Below are positions 48,987 through 61,630 of a stretch of 64,000 nt of DNA, piece by piece. The notes beneath the pieces are model-generated. The model was not told the origin of the DNA. It did no database searches and saw only the letters and a list, made by a program, of their open reading frames with translations. The stretch's first letter is position 1; every line of letters begins with the position of its first letter. The stretch is from Mobula hypostoma (taxonomy: Eukaryota), in NCBI RefSeq assembly GCF_963921235.1, contig NC_086118.1:12898001-12962000 (forward strand), read 5' to 3'. Made by a program: the position numbers and the translations under genes.

Positions 48987-50175
48987 TTAGATTAGATTAG
49001 ATTATGAGGACACTCAGTCCTCATTTATTGTCATTTAGAAATGCATGTATTAAAAAACGATACAATGTTCCTCCAGAAAGATATCACAGAAACACAGGAC
49101 AAACCAAGACGAAAACTGACAAAACCACATAATGGAGGAACAACACCTTATATTCCGTCTGGGTAGCCTCCAACCTGATGGCATGAACATCGACTTCTCT
49201 AACTTCCGCTAATGCCCCACCTCCCCCTCGTGCCCCATCTGTTACTTATTTTTATACACACATTCTCACTCTCCTTTTTCTCCCTCTGTCCCTCTGAATA
49301 TACCCCTTGCCCATCCTCTGGGTCCCCACCCCCTTGTCTTTCTTCCCGGACCTCCTGTCCCATGATCCTCTTGTATCCCCTTTTGCCTATCACCTGTCCA
49401 GCTCTTGGCTCCATCCTTCCCCCTCCTGTCTTCTCCTATCATTTTGGATCTCCCCCTCCCCCTCCAACTTTCAAATCCCTTACTCACTCTTCCTTCAGTT
49501 CGTCCTGGCAAAGTGTCTCGGCCTGAAACGTTGACTGCACCTCTTCCTAGAGATGCTGCCTGGCCTGCTGCGTTCACCAGCAACTTTTATGTGTGTTGCT
49601 TGAATTTCCAGCATCTGCAGAATTCCTGTCGTTTGCACATAATTATAACATATAGTTACAACAGTACAAAGCAATACCGTAATTCGATAAAGAGCAGACC
49701 ATGGGCACGGTAAAAAAGTCTCAAGTCCTGATAGCCCCATCGGCTCACGCAGACGGTAGAAGGGAGAAACTCTCCCTGCCATGAACCTCCAGCACCGCAA
49801 ACTTGCCGATTCAGCACCATTGGAAGCACCCGACCACAGCCGACTCTGAGTCCGTCCCAAAACGTTGTGCCTCCAACCAGCCCTCCGACACCGAGCACTG
49901 AGCACCATCTCTGCCGAGCGTTTCGACCCCGCCCCAGCCGCCGAGCAACAAGCAAAGCCGAGGACTCGGGGCCTTCCCCTCCGGAGATTCTGGATCACAC
50001 AGTAGCAACAGCAGCGAAGCAGGCATTTCAGAAGTTTCAGCAGATGTTCCTCTGTGCTCTCACGTCTGTCTCCATCAAATCAGGATTGTGCATGGCACCT
50101 TACTTGACAGGTAACAGATATCATTCACCGGAGTGGCCGCTGCAAGCTGTGTTGCGCTGCATTCTTCGCCTCCAT
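48987..50175 (-). mobile_element. Second copy of the (CTAAT)n-tailed non-autonomous retroposon, split by a Penelope insertion
   Basis: Colinear with 27360-27990 and flanked by TA-rich sequence on both sides. Confidence 0.75.
49134..49635 (+). mobile_element. 5'-truncated Penelope-like insertion
   Basis: TSD CACATAAT at 49126-49133 and 49636-49643. Encodes EEQHLIFRLGSLQPDGMNIDF and has the same 3' terminus as 6471-6602. Confidence 0.85.
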
Positions 50176-50934
50176 ATATAATATATATTATATATGCACA
50201 CACACAACATATATGTATACAATGTCCTTAAATGTCCTTTCTTCGCAAATATCCACGAAAACAAAGGAATGCCCCAAAGAATGAATAACAGTTAAACTTT
50301 AGAACCCCAAAGTCACCCCCTGCCCCACACAGGCAAAAAAAAAACAAAAGCATTTAAAATAGTGGAGGGAGTAATTTCACACAGACTTGTTCATATACTG
50401 TAATTACTGCTAATGTTGGATCAGAAAAACTGAACTCTGTGACTGCAAGTTTCCACGAGGAAGGGATAGACTATGTGCAGCACGTCTAACTCCAGCGGGT
50501 GTATCGGGAATTGCTTGTGAAGGCAGTCTTCATTTCTACTTAACGATCCCTTACTCTAAAGCACTATCCAATACAGTTGTTCGTTTCCAGAGCACTTTTT
50601 GAGCACAGTGTGGCTCCTGATTTCCATGGCACCTATCTTAGACGCTGGCAGCAATTTCAGAATGGTACATTCACATTCTCTCCTCTCTGGTAACATGCAA
50701 TTTCTCCTGAATCGAATCTGCATTTGATTTCCATGTGTTAAATTTAACATTCCACTCGGCAAGAAGTTCATTTTCTGTGGACTGTTCTGCTTCTTCTGGT
50801 GCGCTCCTAGTGGTGGCTTTCAGTTCAAAGTCAGCCCCCAGCACAGGGGACAGGCTGAACAATTTGTTGCATTGCAGCTTTCGCAGAGTAACTGGTTGGC
50901 TGTGCAGTCAGAATGGCCTTAACAACCCGTGAAG

Positions 50935-51465
50935 TATAGTATCACAGAGCAACTCACCGTACAAATAGGCCTTTTGGCCCATCTAGTCCATGCTGAATTA
51001 TTATGCTGCCTAACCTCATTGATCTGTATCTATTCCATTGCCCTCCATACACTGCCCATTGATGTACTTATCCATACTTCTTTTAAATGTTTAAAATGAA
51101 CCCGCATCTACAACCTTCTCTGGCAGCTCATTCCACACCTGTACCACCCTCTGAGTGAAGAAGTCCGCCCCACCCTGGTTCCCCTTAATTATATTTCAAC
51201 TTTCACTCTAGCCGATAACCTTTAGCTCTAGTCTCACATGACCTGATTGCATTAACTCTAACTATACCCCTTATAGTTTTATATACCTCTCTCAAATCTC
51301 CCCTCATTCTCCTACTGATTTGGGAATAAAGTCCAAACCTGTTCAACCTTTCCCAATAAACCTGGTCGTCAAGTACAGGCAACATCCTTGTAAATTTTCT
51401 CTGTACTCTTTCAATCTTATTGATATCTTTCCTGTAGGTAGGTGACTAGAATTGCACACAATAGC
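50935..51465 (-). mobile_element. CR1 3' fragment
   Basis: ERLNRFGLYS...RRMRGDLREVYK plus 3' UTR. Confidence 0.8.
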
Positions 51466-51795
51466 CATTCCCCTTGACACACTTGTTGTTAAAGCTGTCT
51501 CTGTTATTGAATGTAACTATTCAAAATCTCTTTGGATTTTGTAAGTATTAATTTTGTTTTAGATTAAGAGATTAAAAGCACAATACTTAAATTTTAAAGA
51601 AGAAAAAAGCTTTGAAAACACTTCATTTAAATGAAATAGCACGTCCTGTTTCTCCCAGCAGTCAAGTTTCACCATTGATTTCAATGAGCTTCTGGACCAG
51701 ATGATCCTGACAAGTGGTCATGGGCGAGTTTCACAGCAGAACATCTAAGGGATCTCTGGAAGTTACTGCAGTCTTGTTGAGTATTATGAGCAAGT

Positions 51796-53422
51796 GTGCT
51801 GGTCTTTATAAATCAGAGCATTGAGAAGAGGAGTTGGGATGTAATGTTGAAATTGTACAAGGCATTGGTGAGGCCAAATTTGGAGTATTGTGCACAGTTC
51901 TGGTCACCGAATTATAGGAAAGATGTCAACAAAATAGAGAGAGTACAGATGAGATTTACAAGACTGTTACCTGCGTTTCAGCACCTAAGTTACAGAGAAA
52001 GGTTGAACAACTTAGGTCTTTATTCTTTGGAGCGTAGAAGGTTGAGGGGGGACTTGATAGAGGTATTTAAAATTATGAGGGGGATAGATAGTGTTGACGT
52101 GGATAGGCTTTTTCCATTGAGAATGGGGAGATTCAAACAAGAGGACATGAGCTGAGAGTTAAAACATAGAAACGTAGAAACATAGAAAATAGGTGCAGGA
52201 GTAGGCCATTCGGCCCTTCGAGCCTGCACCGCCATTTATTATGATCATGGCTGATCCTCCAACTCAGAACCCCGCCCCAGCCTTCCCTCCATACCCCCTG
52301 ATCCCCGTAGCCACAAGGGCCATATCTAACTCCCTCTTAAATATAGCCAATGAACTGGCCTCAACTGTTTCCTGTGGCAGAGAATTCCACAGATTCACCA
52401 CTCTCTGTGTGAAGAAGTTTTTCCTAATCTCAGTCCTAAAAGGCTTCCCCTCTATCCTCAAACTGTGGCTCCTCGTTCTGGACTTCCCCAACATCGGGAA
52501 CAATCTTCCTGCATCTAGCCTGTCCAATCCCTTTAGGATCTTATACGTTTCAATCAGATCCCCCCTCAATCTTCTAAATTCCAACGAGTACAAGCCCAGT
52601 TCATCCAGTCTTTCTTCATATGAAAGTTCTGCCATCCCAGGAATCAATCTGGTGAACCTTCTTTGTACTCCCTCTATGGCAAGGATGTCTTTCCTCAGAT
52701 TAGGGGACCAAAACTGCACACAATACTCCAGGTGTGGTCTCACCAAGGCCTTGTACAACTGCAGTAGTACCTCCCTGCTCCTGTACTCGAATCCTCTCGC
52801 TTTAAATGCCAGCATACCATTCGCCTTTTTCACCGCCTGCTGTACCTGTATGCCCACTTTCAATGACTGGTGTATAATGACAACCAGGTCTCGTTGCACC
52901 TCCCCTTTTCCTAATTGTCCACCATTCAGATAATAATCTGTTTTCCTGTTTTTGCCATCAAAGTGGGTAACTTCACATTTATCCACATTAAGTTGCATCT
53001 GCCATGAATTTGCCCACTCACCCAACCTATCCAAGTCACCCTGCATCCTCTTAGCATCCTCCTCACAGCTAACACTGCCACCCAGCTTCGTGTCATCCGC
53101 AAACTTGGAGATGCTGCATTTAATTCCCTCATCCAAGTCATTAATATATATTGCAAACAAGGGGCAAAAGTTTAGGGGTAACATGAGGGGGAACTTCTTT
53201 ACTCAGAGAGTGGTAGCTGTGTGGAATGAGCTTCCAGTAGAAGTGGTAGAGGCAGGTTCGATTTTGTCATTTAAAAAAAAATTGTATAGGTATATGGACA
53301 GGAAAGGAATGGAGAGTTATGGACTGAGTATAGGTAGATGGGACTAGGTGAGAGTAAGCGTTCAGAACGGACTAGAAGGGCTAAGATGGCTTGTTTCCAT
53401 GCTGTAATTGTTATATGGTTAT
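51796..53422 (+). mobile_element. 5'-truncated CR1 split by an antisense CR1
   Basis: LYKALVRPNLEYCAQFWSP to ~52163, resuming at ~53159 with KGQKFRGNMRGNFFTQRVV. Tail (GGTTATAT)n. Confidence 0.88.
52164..53155 (-). mobile_element. Young 5'-truncated CR1 of the same subfamily as 1867-4722
   Basis: The 306-aa ORF is nearly identical to the C-terminal third of 1486-4626. Confidence 0.93.
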
Positions 53423-54129
53423 ATGATAAAGTCTCTGGTACAGAGCAGGTGTCCTGGAGTTGGCACACTGCTGAAGGCAAGGACGGCAATTGCCCATGTA
53501 AGGGGTTTCTTCTTTTATGTTACTGCATAGGCTAATTAAAATGGCTTCTTTGTTATGTTAACTGCTGAGAAAGTTCTCTGGCTAGCCTTGTTTGGGTTAT
53601 ATTATTGATAGGAGAGCAAACGAATCAATTGGGATGGATGTTATTCTTTCTTGTACGTCTTTATGCTATTGTGATGCGTGGGTTTTGGGGCAGAAGGCAC
53701 AATGGGGAGAGAGAGAATGGACACCATGCTGAGAGCTGGCTAACGGGGTCGGACAGAGTTTTGGTGTATGTGGAGCGTCTGGTCGACTACCGTGGTTGGT
53801 CCCAGGCGGCGGGTCGAAGTGGTCAGAGGGGATCGACGTGTGAAGAGAGGATCGTTACTAAAGCTCCAACTGTTTGTGAACGAAGAGAATGAACTTTGAT
53901 AAATTTGGCGCCTTTTATTTTCCTTTTATATTTTATCTCCAGTAATTATATAGTTCCAGTAATATCTATAAATTGTAATCAATTAATCACATATGGTGTT
54001 TTGTCTGTTGTTTGGCGGAGCCGAGGGCTGTTTACCATAGACGACAGTGAGTTGAGTGAGCCTGAGGCTTTCCAGGGGGACTACACTTGGGGGCTTTGTC
54101 CGAAATTGGATTCAGTGGTGCGCTGCATG

Positions 54130-55700
54130 GTTGCCCTGTTTAAATCAGCGCTGCTGTGTCTCTGTGGGATAGCGGTTAGTAATGTGTGTGTCTGTGGGTT
54201 ATTTGCAGGTTATTGCTGCATGCGTGTTGGGTGAGGCCTTTGTTCGAGTTCAGACTAGCGCTGACGAGTTGGTGGTGAGACTCGGGCCTGTCCATTCTGT
54301 TAGGAGAGAGAGGAAAGAGTGGTCTGATTCAGAGGTAGTGTCTGCGAATAAATGTTCCAGCTCTGGCAGGCTCCGCCTGGCTTTTGGGATAGTGTCCACC
54401 CCTAAAGGGGCGGAGGCGTACGAGACGTGGGCGGAGCAGATCTTTCAGTTGTTAGATGAATGGCAGTGTTTGGTTGAGGGAGAGTGACAGGGATTGGTTG
54501 AAAGTTTGAGTAGGTGGGCTGTTGACCATGTTAGAACTGTCAGGTTCAATTACCCTGTAGCGACAGCCGCCAGTTATCTGAAAGCGGGGGAAACGCTTTC
54601 AGTGTATCTTCTCTGGCTAGAAGGGCAGCTAGATTGCTTGCAATGCTAGGGAGATCATTTCAGGGGATCAGCCCCTCCCTCAGTTGTTCAGCTGATCAGA
54701 AAGGTGTCGAGAAATTAAGAGGAGGCCCAGTGGGGGAACGGCTTGCTGTCTCTGGGGGAGCACGTTCCCAGCAATGTACCAAGGAACTTCCGAAAGGAAA
54801 AGACCCTATTTCTGAAGGCTTAGAGGGACCACACCCCAGTGTGTCGTTACGGATAGATGGAAGCTATGCTAAAGCTATCCTCGACACCGGGACGCAGGTC
54901 AAGTTGCTGCACAGTTCGTTTTACAACCGGTGTCTGAAACATTTACCCTTGACAACATTAAGAGCACTAGAGATTTGGGGTACCAGTGCCAGTAATTATC
55001 CAGATGACGATGATTGGTTACTGACCCTGGGGTTCATGGGGGCATTGTCTGGGCACCCAGCTTTCCGAGCTGCTTCTGAGGACGTGTGTAGCAGCCTTGG
55101 GCTGGTACCGAATTTAAACGAGACCCGATTGTGGTACGGCCTGAGAGAAGTATCTGAGGATAAGACCCTCTTAGTAGATGCTCCAAAATACCACAAGGGA
55201 GGGGAGTTGACTGCTGAAGACACCTCGGTGGGAGTGAGGTCGTGGCGACTGGACCCTGTAGCTGTGGAAGACGTAGGTGGCGTGTGTGTGGATTATAGGA
55301 CTCTGAACAGGTGCACTGTCATTGACCAGAATATGACCCTGAGGGCCTAAGACTCTATGGTCTGTTTGTATGGGGCGACATGGTTTAATGTGCTGGATCT
55401 GAGGAGTGGATGTTGCCAGATCCCGATGAATGAGGCCAATGAGGAGAGGACGGCCGTTATTGGTTCCCCAGGATTCTTTCGATCCGAAAAGATGCCAAAG
55501 GGCATATTCAAAGCCCCTGCAACCTTCCCGTGGGGCATGAGGAAGACCATGGGGGATGTGGAGGTGTTCAGAGTTTTGGCGTATGTGGATGACCGCCTCG
55601 AGTTTGGATTCGCCTTGGAGGTCTATGATACGAGGCGAGTGATGAAGCCCGGGTGAAAAAGAGTTAAAGAATTAAAACTTTCTTTGGACGATTGACAGGT
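54130..55700 (+). pseudogene. Degenerate gag-protease-RT of the Gypsy element
   Basis: RLRLAFG...[16 protein letters not shown] (PNMA-like capsid), [27 protein letters not shown] and AYVDD, with stop codons and deletions. Confidence 0.85.
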
Positions 55701-55773
55701 CTGGAGAAAGAGGCAGTTTGGGGAAAAGCGACTGGAGCGAAGTGTAAAATGTGGAGTAGTTTTTGGCTGGTGG

Positions 55774-56549
55774 AGTTTGGTGCAATCTGAGAAAAATGAC
55801 CCGAATACCAGTTGAACTTCCTGGTGTTGGAACAGACGGTGGTGGACCTGGGAATGGAGACTCAGGTCGATAATCGGAATGAGACATTGGGGAGAGAGGG
55901 GACTTGCACCGCTGAACTGAGCGCTCAGACATGTAGGCTGGAGACTGAGTGCTGCATTTTTGGAGCAAACTTTGAAGGCTCAGAGTCCACGATTGTTAGT
56001 GTGGAGCTGGAGAACCGGAATTTCATGCAGAAACTGTGGCCACTTACTGATGAATTAATCCAGAAAAGATTGGAAGACTTACAAGTTGAGGAAGACCAAG
56101 GAAGCTGTCTGACTAAGGCCAAAAGAAGACCGAGAACACGGAGAGGGGGGTTTGACTACATTTCAGAGGAGGTGAAGCAATGGAGGACAGATCGCGGAAA
56201 AGGGAAGCGGACGCTTGAAGGGAACCTGAAGATGACCATCGACCGTTTAAGTGAAGTGGAAAAACTGAAAGTTGACCTGGAGGAAGTCATCAGGAGGAAA
56301 AAGCTGGAGGATGAGCATCCTTTAACTGCTGCTTTTCTGGCCAGGGGGGAAGAAACTGGTGGTGTAATTGCGTCCCAGATTGAGATGGCCAAGAAACGTG
56401 AGTCAGAACTGCAGAGGCTGTGGCGAGAGTTGGAGGAGTCCAAGAAGAAGCTGTTGTCTCAATTACAGGAGGCTGAAGAGGCTGCAGAAGCAGTCCAGGC
56501 CAAGTGCTCCAGCCTGGAGAAAATCACACAGCAGCTACCGATCGAGGAA
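55774..56549 (+). pseudogene. Transduced, intronless sarcomeric myosin heavy chain rod (S2/LMM) fragment, MYH16-like, within ORF 55812-56717
   Basis: [98 protein letters not shown] and [27 protein letters not shown] occur in myosin order. Confidence 0.85.
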
Positions 56550-58571
56550 ATGATGAAGAATATGGATCCGAAGGATGATGTGCTGGATATGTGGTCCATG
56601 CTGTCTTTTGCTAACTTCCCCTTGATTGAAGAAGAGACTTTTGGCCCTTCTCCCACTGAGCCATGTGTAGTGGGAAGGGGTAGCTATGGGCAGCCTGGGT
56701 TACAGCAGGACCTGTAAGGAAAAGAAGCGGGGCCCCAGACACGGGACAGGGGACTCCGAGTTGCAGTGGAGGCATGAGTGAGAGATTGAGAGAGGATTTG
56801 GCAAGCAGACCCGGGTATCCCCCGTAGTGTCCGAGCCTTAAAGGTTTAGGTGAGGGGGTATGGAGGTCCCAGAGGATTAGGAAACTCCCAGATAGGTTGG
56901 CTTATGTAGCGCCTGTGGGACCGAGCGTAAGGTCCATTGTTTGGGGAGCAATGTCACTGTTTGTACCTGGATTGGGTTTTTGTGTCTGCAGGAATGGTTG
57001 GCGAGTTATTTAGAAGTCTTGAGGACATGACTTTATTTGGTGAGGGGAGAGTGTAATGGGTTTCTTCTTTTATGTTACTGCGTAGGCTAATTAAAATGGC
57101 TTCTTTGTTATGTTAACTGCTGAGAAAGTTCTCTCGCTAGCAGCTTGCTTGAGTTATATTATTGATAAGAGAGTGAACGAACCAATTGGGATAGATGTTA
57201 TTCTTTCTTGTGTGTCTGTAAGCTATTGTGATGCGTGGGTTTTTGGGGCAGAATCTGCAATAGGGAGAGAGAGAATGGATACGGTCCTGTGAGCTGGCCA
57301 ACAGGGTCAGACACCGAGCAGGCGTCCAAGGTCCAGGGTCTTCGGCGAGGAGAGGAGACGGAGACAGACTCGTGTGGAGCGTCTGGTCGACCACCGTGGT
57401 TGGTCTCAGGCGGCGGATCAAAGTGGTCAGAGGGAATCGACTGGTGAAGGGAGGATCATTATTAGAGCTCCAACTGTTTGTGCATGAAGGGAATTATACA
57501 GTTCCAGTAATACATATGAATTGTAATCAATTAATCATATATGGTGTTTTGTCTGTTGTTTGGCGGGGCTGAGAGCTGTTTCTCCTAGATGACAGCGAGT
57601 TGAGCGAGCCTGAGGCTTTCCAGGGGGGTTACACCCAGTTGTGTGCTTGGTGCTAGCAGATGTCGGTGAAAGATTTGCTCCAATAAATAAGTTGCATTGT
57701 CTAGCGCTATGTCCTTCTTCCTGAACACATGCACACATATACACTTTAACACTTGTTTGAAATGTCTCTTATTTTGCTTTAAACTGTTTTGCACATTTTA
57801 CACATTTTAATTTGACCTTAAAATTTGCTCTCCACCCTTTCAAGAGATACGAAAGCTGTAAGCAGTATGACAAAACCACATGTACTTTTACTTTACTTCA
57901 GGCTTGATACATCTTCCAAAACATCATTCATATAACTGTAATGACATTGCAATTACAGATTTTCATAAATGAAACATCAATTCATTCTGATTTCAGCAAG
58001 TGTTTTGATTCTGAATCCTGCTGTTGATGCAGGAAAAATCCCTTTGCTAATCTCAGCCCTATTATGAAAGGAAGCTGCGATGTGTGTGTTGTAATCAGTC
58101 ACTGTTGTACAAGAGGCACATCTGCAACCTAGGTACAGAACAATAAACTGGAGTGATGATGACAGAACTGGTGTATTCAATACAGGTCCCAACTCTAAAA
58201 TTCAACAGCACATGTTTGTCATCTATCATTACAGCAATTGTACAATCATCTTGCTGCAGCAACAGGACCACACGACCACTGTGCATCCCTTTTAGCTGAA
58301 TAAGAAGAAACTCGGCTTGAAGAAGAATAATGCACTCGATACTGCATGGTATTCTAAGCGACTCCAAGCTCTTAAAGGACTACTGTTGGGTTTAAGGTAA
58401 CGTAAAATGTAATGGCTTCATAAAGTTTGTGCAGACAAGCTACAGGACAGAAGAAGGGGTGTTTCTGAGATGGAGTCAATAGAAGAAAGTTAGCTATATT
58501 CTGATGATTAATAGATTAACAGGTAGGATGGACGTGGTAAAAGAATAATCGTTTTTTGAGAGCCACTATAT

Positions 58572-58900
58572 TGGCACAGGAGGTAGTGCTGCTGCCCCAC
58601 AACTTTAAACAGTTCAGTGCTGACCGTGGATGCTCGTTGTATGCAGTCTGTTTATTCTCCCTGTGAGCATGTGGGTTTCCTCTGTACATCTGCTTTCCTC
58701 CCAGTTTCTAAAGATACAAGAACTTGTGGTTAATTGATCACTGTAAATTTGTTCTAGTGGATAATGGAGTGGGAGAATGTGGTGGGATCTTCAGGGAGTG
58801 TAGAGAGAATAAAAATGAGATAGGTGCAGGATTAGAAAAGTGGATGTTTACTGGTCACTGGGACTCAATGAATCAAATGACCTGCTTCCATGCTGACGAT
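58572..58900 (+). mobile_element. Degenerate V-SINE
   Basis: TTCTCCCTGTGAGCATGTGGGTTTCCTCTG...TTTCCTCCCA core with a tRNA-like head. Confidence 0.6.
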
Positions 58901-61027
58901 TCTCTGACCCTAGATGATAACAAAATTTATTGGTTAAGCAGCATCTGCAGAAAGTGCAACAGTCAATGCTTCAGGTCGTTGATGAAATGATTTGTCCCTG
59001 TAGTGTCTCTGAAGTTTGTAGTAATGTTTAATACTAGTTCTCTGGATTGCGACTGAATGGTACTCTCTCTGCACTGACCAGAGGATGTTCATTTGATTTT
59101 AGCTGAGGTATAACTGCATGCAAAATCTAAAATGTTAGATCAAGGCAGGATCTGTCAACAATGTCCTGTGGGACTGTACACAGCTGTACAAAATATTGAG
59201 CATATGTCAAAGCGGATGTACAAACTCACACAGGCATCAGGATCCTATGTGCTGCTGAAACCAACTGTTGTGTTTTATTATTTAAAATTAAGAAAAGGAA
59301 CAATGTTAAATAGCCAGTTGTAAATTGAACCTGGTGAGTAAGATGATAATTCCTGAATTCCCTTTGACAGCTTTTCTGAGATGAGGGATGATACAATAGT
59401 GTTGTTACAGTATCCACCCAGTTACAGGACAGCCAGCCCTGTGATATGCCCGAGGGACATCCTAGCAATGTCCTTCTTTATCTTGAGAAATTCTTTCCAT
59501 TGCATTTATATAAAAAATTACGTAACTTTTTTTTGAAAAATTGAATATTTCATTTCATTGAAATGGTCTGAGGGAAAAATTAGTACCTATTCAGTTTTCA
59601 TCAACCAAGAAAAAGTATTACAAAGTTTTAGTCTTTAAATCCTACAGTAATGCATTGAGCCAGCTCCCTTCTTGATAAAAGCCACCTTGGCTTTATGCTC
59701 CTGAACACTTTGTGCAAAAGAATCTCAATCATGCTTCACATGTTAACATTATTCCCTAGGTTTTTTGCAAAAGTTGCAGCTTGTTTAAAGGATTCCACTT
59801 GGTCAATTGGTTTCTAATAGAAGATTGATTGGTTCCTGGCAAACTGCAGTCTCTTCCACTGTGCAATTAGCCTTCCAGAAGAGATCGACATTGTATCATT
59901 ATGGATCACCTAGGAAGAGGTGATATAACATATTGGGGATAAACTGAGATACCAAACCGGCTTTTCTGCAATGTCTGTGGAAAATCAATTAGGCGGAGAG
60001 GGTTAAAGTCCCATCTGCTATATTCTCAAAGGTGATTCATGGAGAATCCATTCTAATATGTTGGAAGTACCACAGCCAGCCTTAGCCACTTAGCTGCAGA
60101 TGGTTCTCATGGTGTGATGCTTTGCTGAGTGACATCGATCACCTAGAGGGTAAAAAGTCAATCAATACTCTCCCTCTCCCTTCTTTCAGGACTCTGAGCT
60201 CATTAGTAAATGACCACTGACCAATGGCTTTGTCTGTAGAGATTACTCCTTCCATGACTGTCTTATCCACTCGTCCCTCCCTTCTATTCTCCTTCCTGGT
60301 ACACATCCCTGCAAGGGACAGAGTACTTGCAGTAAAGTAGCAGCACTTTCAAACACAGCAGCCTCTCGGGCGCCAACCAAAGGTGCTTTTGTCTTTTTTT
60401 ATGATTGTAAAACAACGCTAGATATTGAGAACTTCAAGTCTGCCAGGTTTACCCCATCAGCAAGCTGCTTGTTGGTAGAGGAGCCGGACTGGGTGCAGAC
60501 CGTGTTACAGAAAGGTGTCAGAGTTGGTGCACAAATGACTGTCTTGGACGTTTCTTTTACAATCACAAGACCCCGTTGGATATTGCTAATGCTGCAAGTC
60601 AGTTTCCCTTGCTTACTGGTGAGATTGAGGGTGGGGGAGTTGCGTGGCCTCATCTGTAAGGAGGACTAGACCACTAGCCACAGGCTTACCAGTTGCAGCA
60701 TTCCAGGAAAGGAGACGCTGAAGGCAGTGCAGCACGGCATCCATCCTGGGTTGGGGGCTGGCCTTCAGTGCTCGCTCAGTTGAAAATTAGCCTGATTGCA
60801 CGTATGTGTGCATGCATCTGCAGACTGCAAAGAACTGCTTGTTTTTGCCATTAATACCCATGCATGCATCATCAATTTATAGAAGATGCCATTCAGGGGC
60901 TTGGGCTATATATTTTTTATGTGACTGTATGTTTAAATGTACTATATGTTCCTTGTGATCCCAAAGGAAAGCTGATTCACTTGGCTGTATTCGTGGGTAT
61001 TCATGTACTGTTAAACTTGAACCTAAA

Positions 61028-61630
61028 ATGCCACGCCTGCCCATTCGCATCCTCACTCACCTCCGTTCCAGGTCCCAAACAATCCATCCAGGTGAGGCAA
61101 CACTTCACCTGCAAACCTGTTGGAGTTGTCTACTGCATTAGATTCCTCCGATGTGGCCTCCTCTACACTGGTGAAACCCACTGTACGTAAATTGGGGGAC
61201 CGCTCTGTCGAGTACCTGTGTACCACCTGCCAAAGTGGAATTTCCTGGTGGCCAACCATTTTAATTCCTATCCCTATTCCCATTCTGAAATGCAGATCCA
61301 TAGCTTCCCCTTTCACCACAGTGAGGCAACTCTCAGGCTGGAGGGGCAACACCTCATATTCCATCTAGGTAGACTCCTCCCTAATGGCATGAACATTGAT
61401 TTCACTCTCCGGAAATAGTTTTCTTTTTTTTTTCTTTTCCCCTTCCCCTCCCCTCTTCTCCTTTTACCCACTCTGGTCTCTTACCTCTTCTCTTTGATAT
61501 GCATGCCACTATTCTGGCATCTTCGCCCTTCCTTTCCAGTCCTGATGGAGGGTCTCAGCCCAAAATATCATTTTTGCAGATGCTGCCTGACCTGCTGATT
61601 TCCTCCTGCCGTTTGTGTGTGTTGCTTTGT
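61028..61630 (+). mobile_element. Penelope-like element 3' part with GIY-YIG endonuclease remnant
   Basis: FTCKPVGVVYCIRFLRCGLLYTGET...LGDRSVEYL...VANHFNS...EGQHLIFHLG, with a decayed hammerhead core at ~61538-61570. Confidence 0.85.

Larger units (their letters stand above)
53497..57633 (+). mobile_element. Gypsy/Ty3 LTR retrotransposon (PNMA-like gag) carrying a captured myosin fragment
   Basis: LTRs at 53497-54085 and 57052-57633 (TGTA...TACA). TSD CCCA at 53493-53496 and 57634-57637. Degenerate tRNA-Pro PBS TGGGGGCTTTGTCCGAAAT at 54088-54106. PPT GGTGAGGGGAGAG at 57039-57051. Confidence 0.93.

Noticed and set aside
55812..56717. Host myosin gene exon, or an env gene
   Set aside because: It is intronless, internally deleted and enclosed by LTRs with a TSD. 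It has no signal peptide, furin site or transmembrane segment for env.
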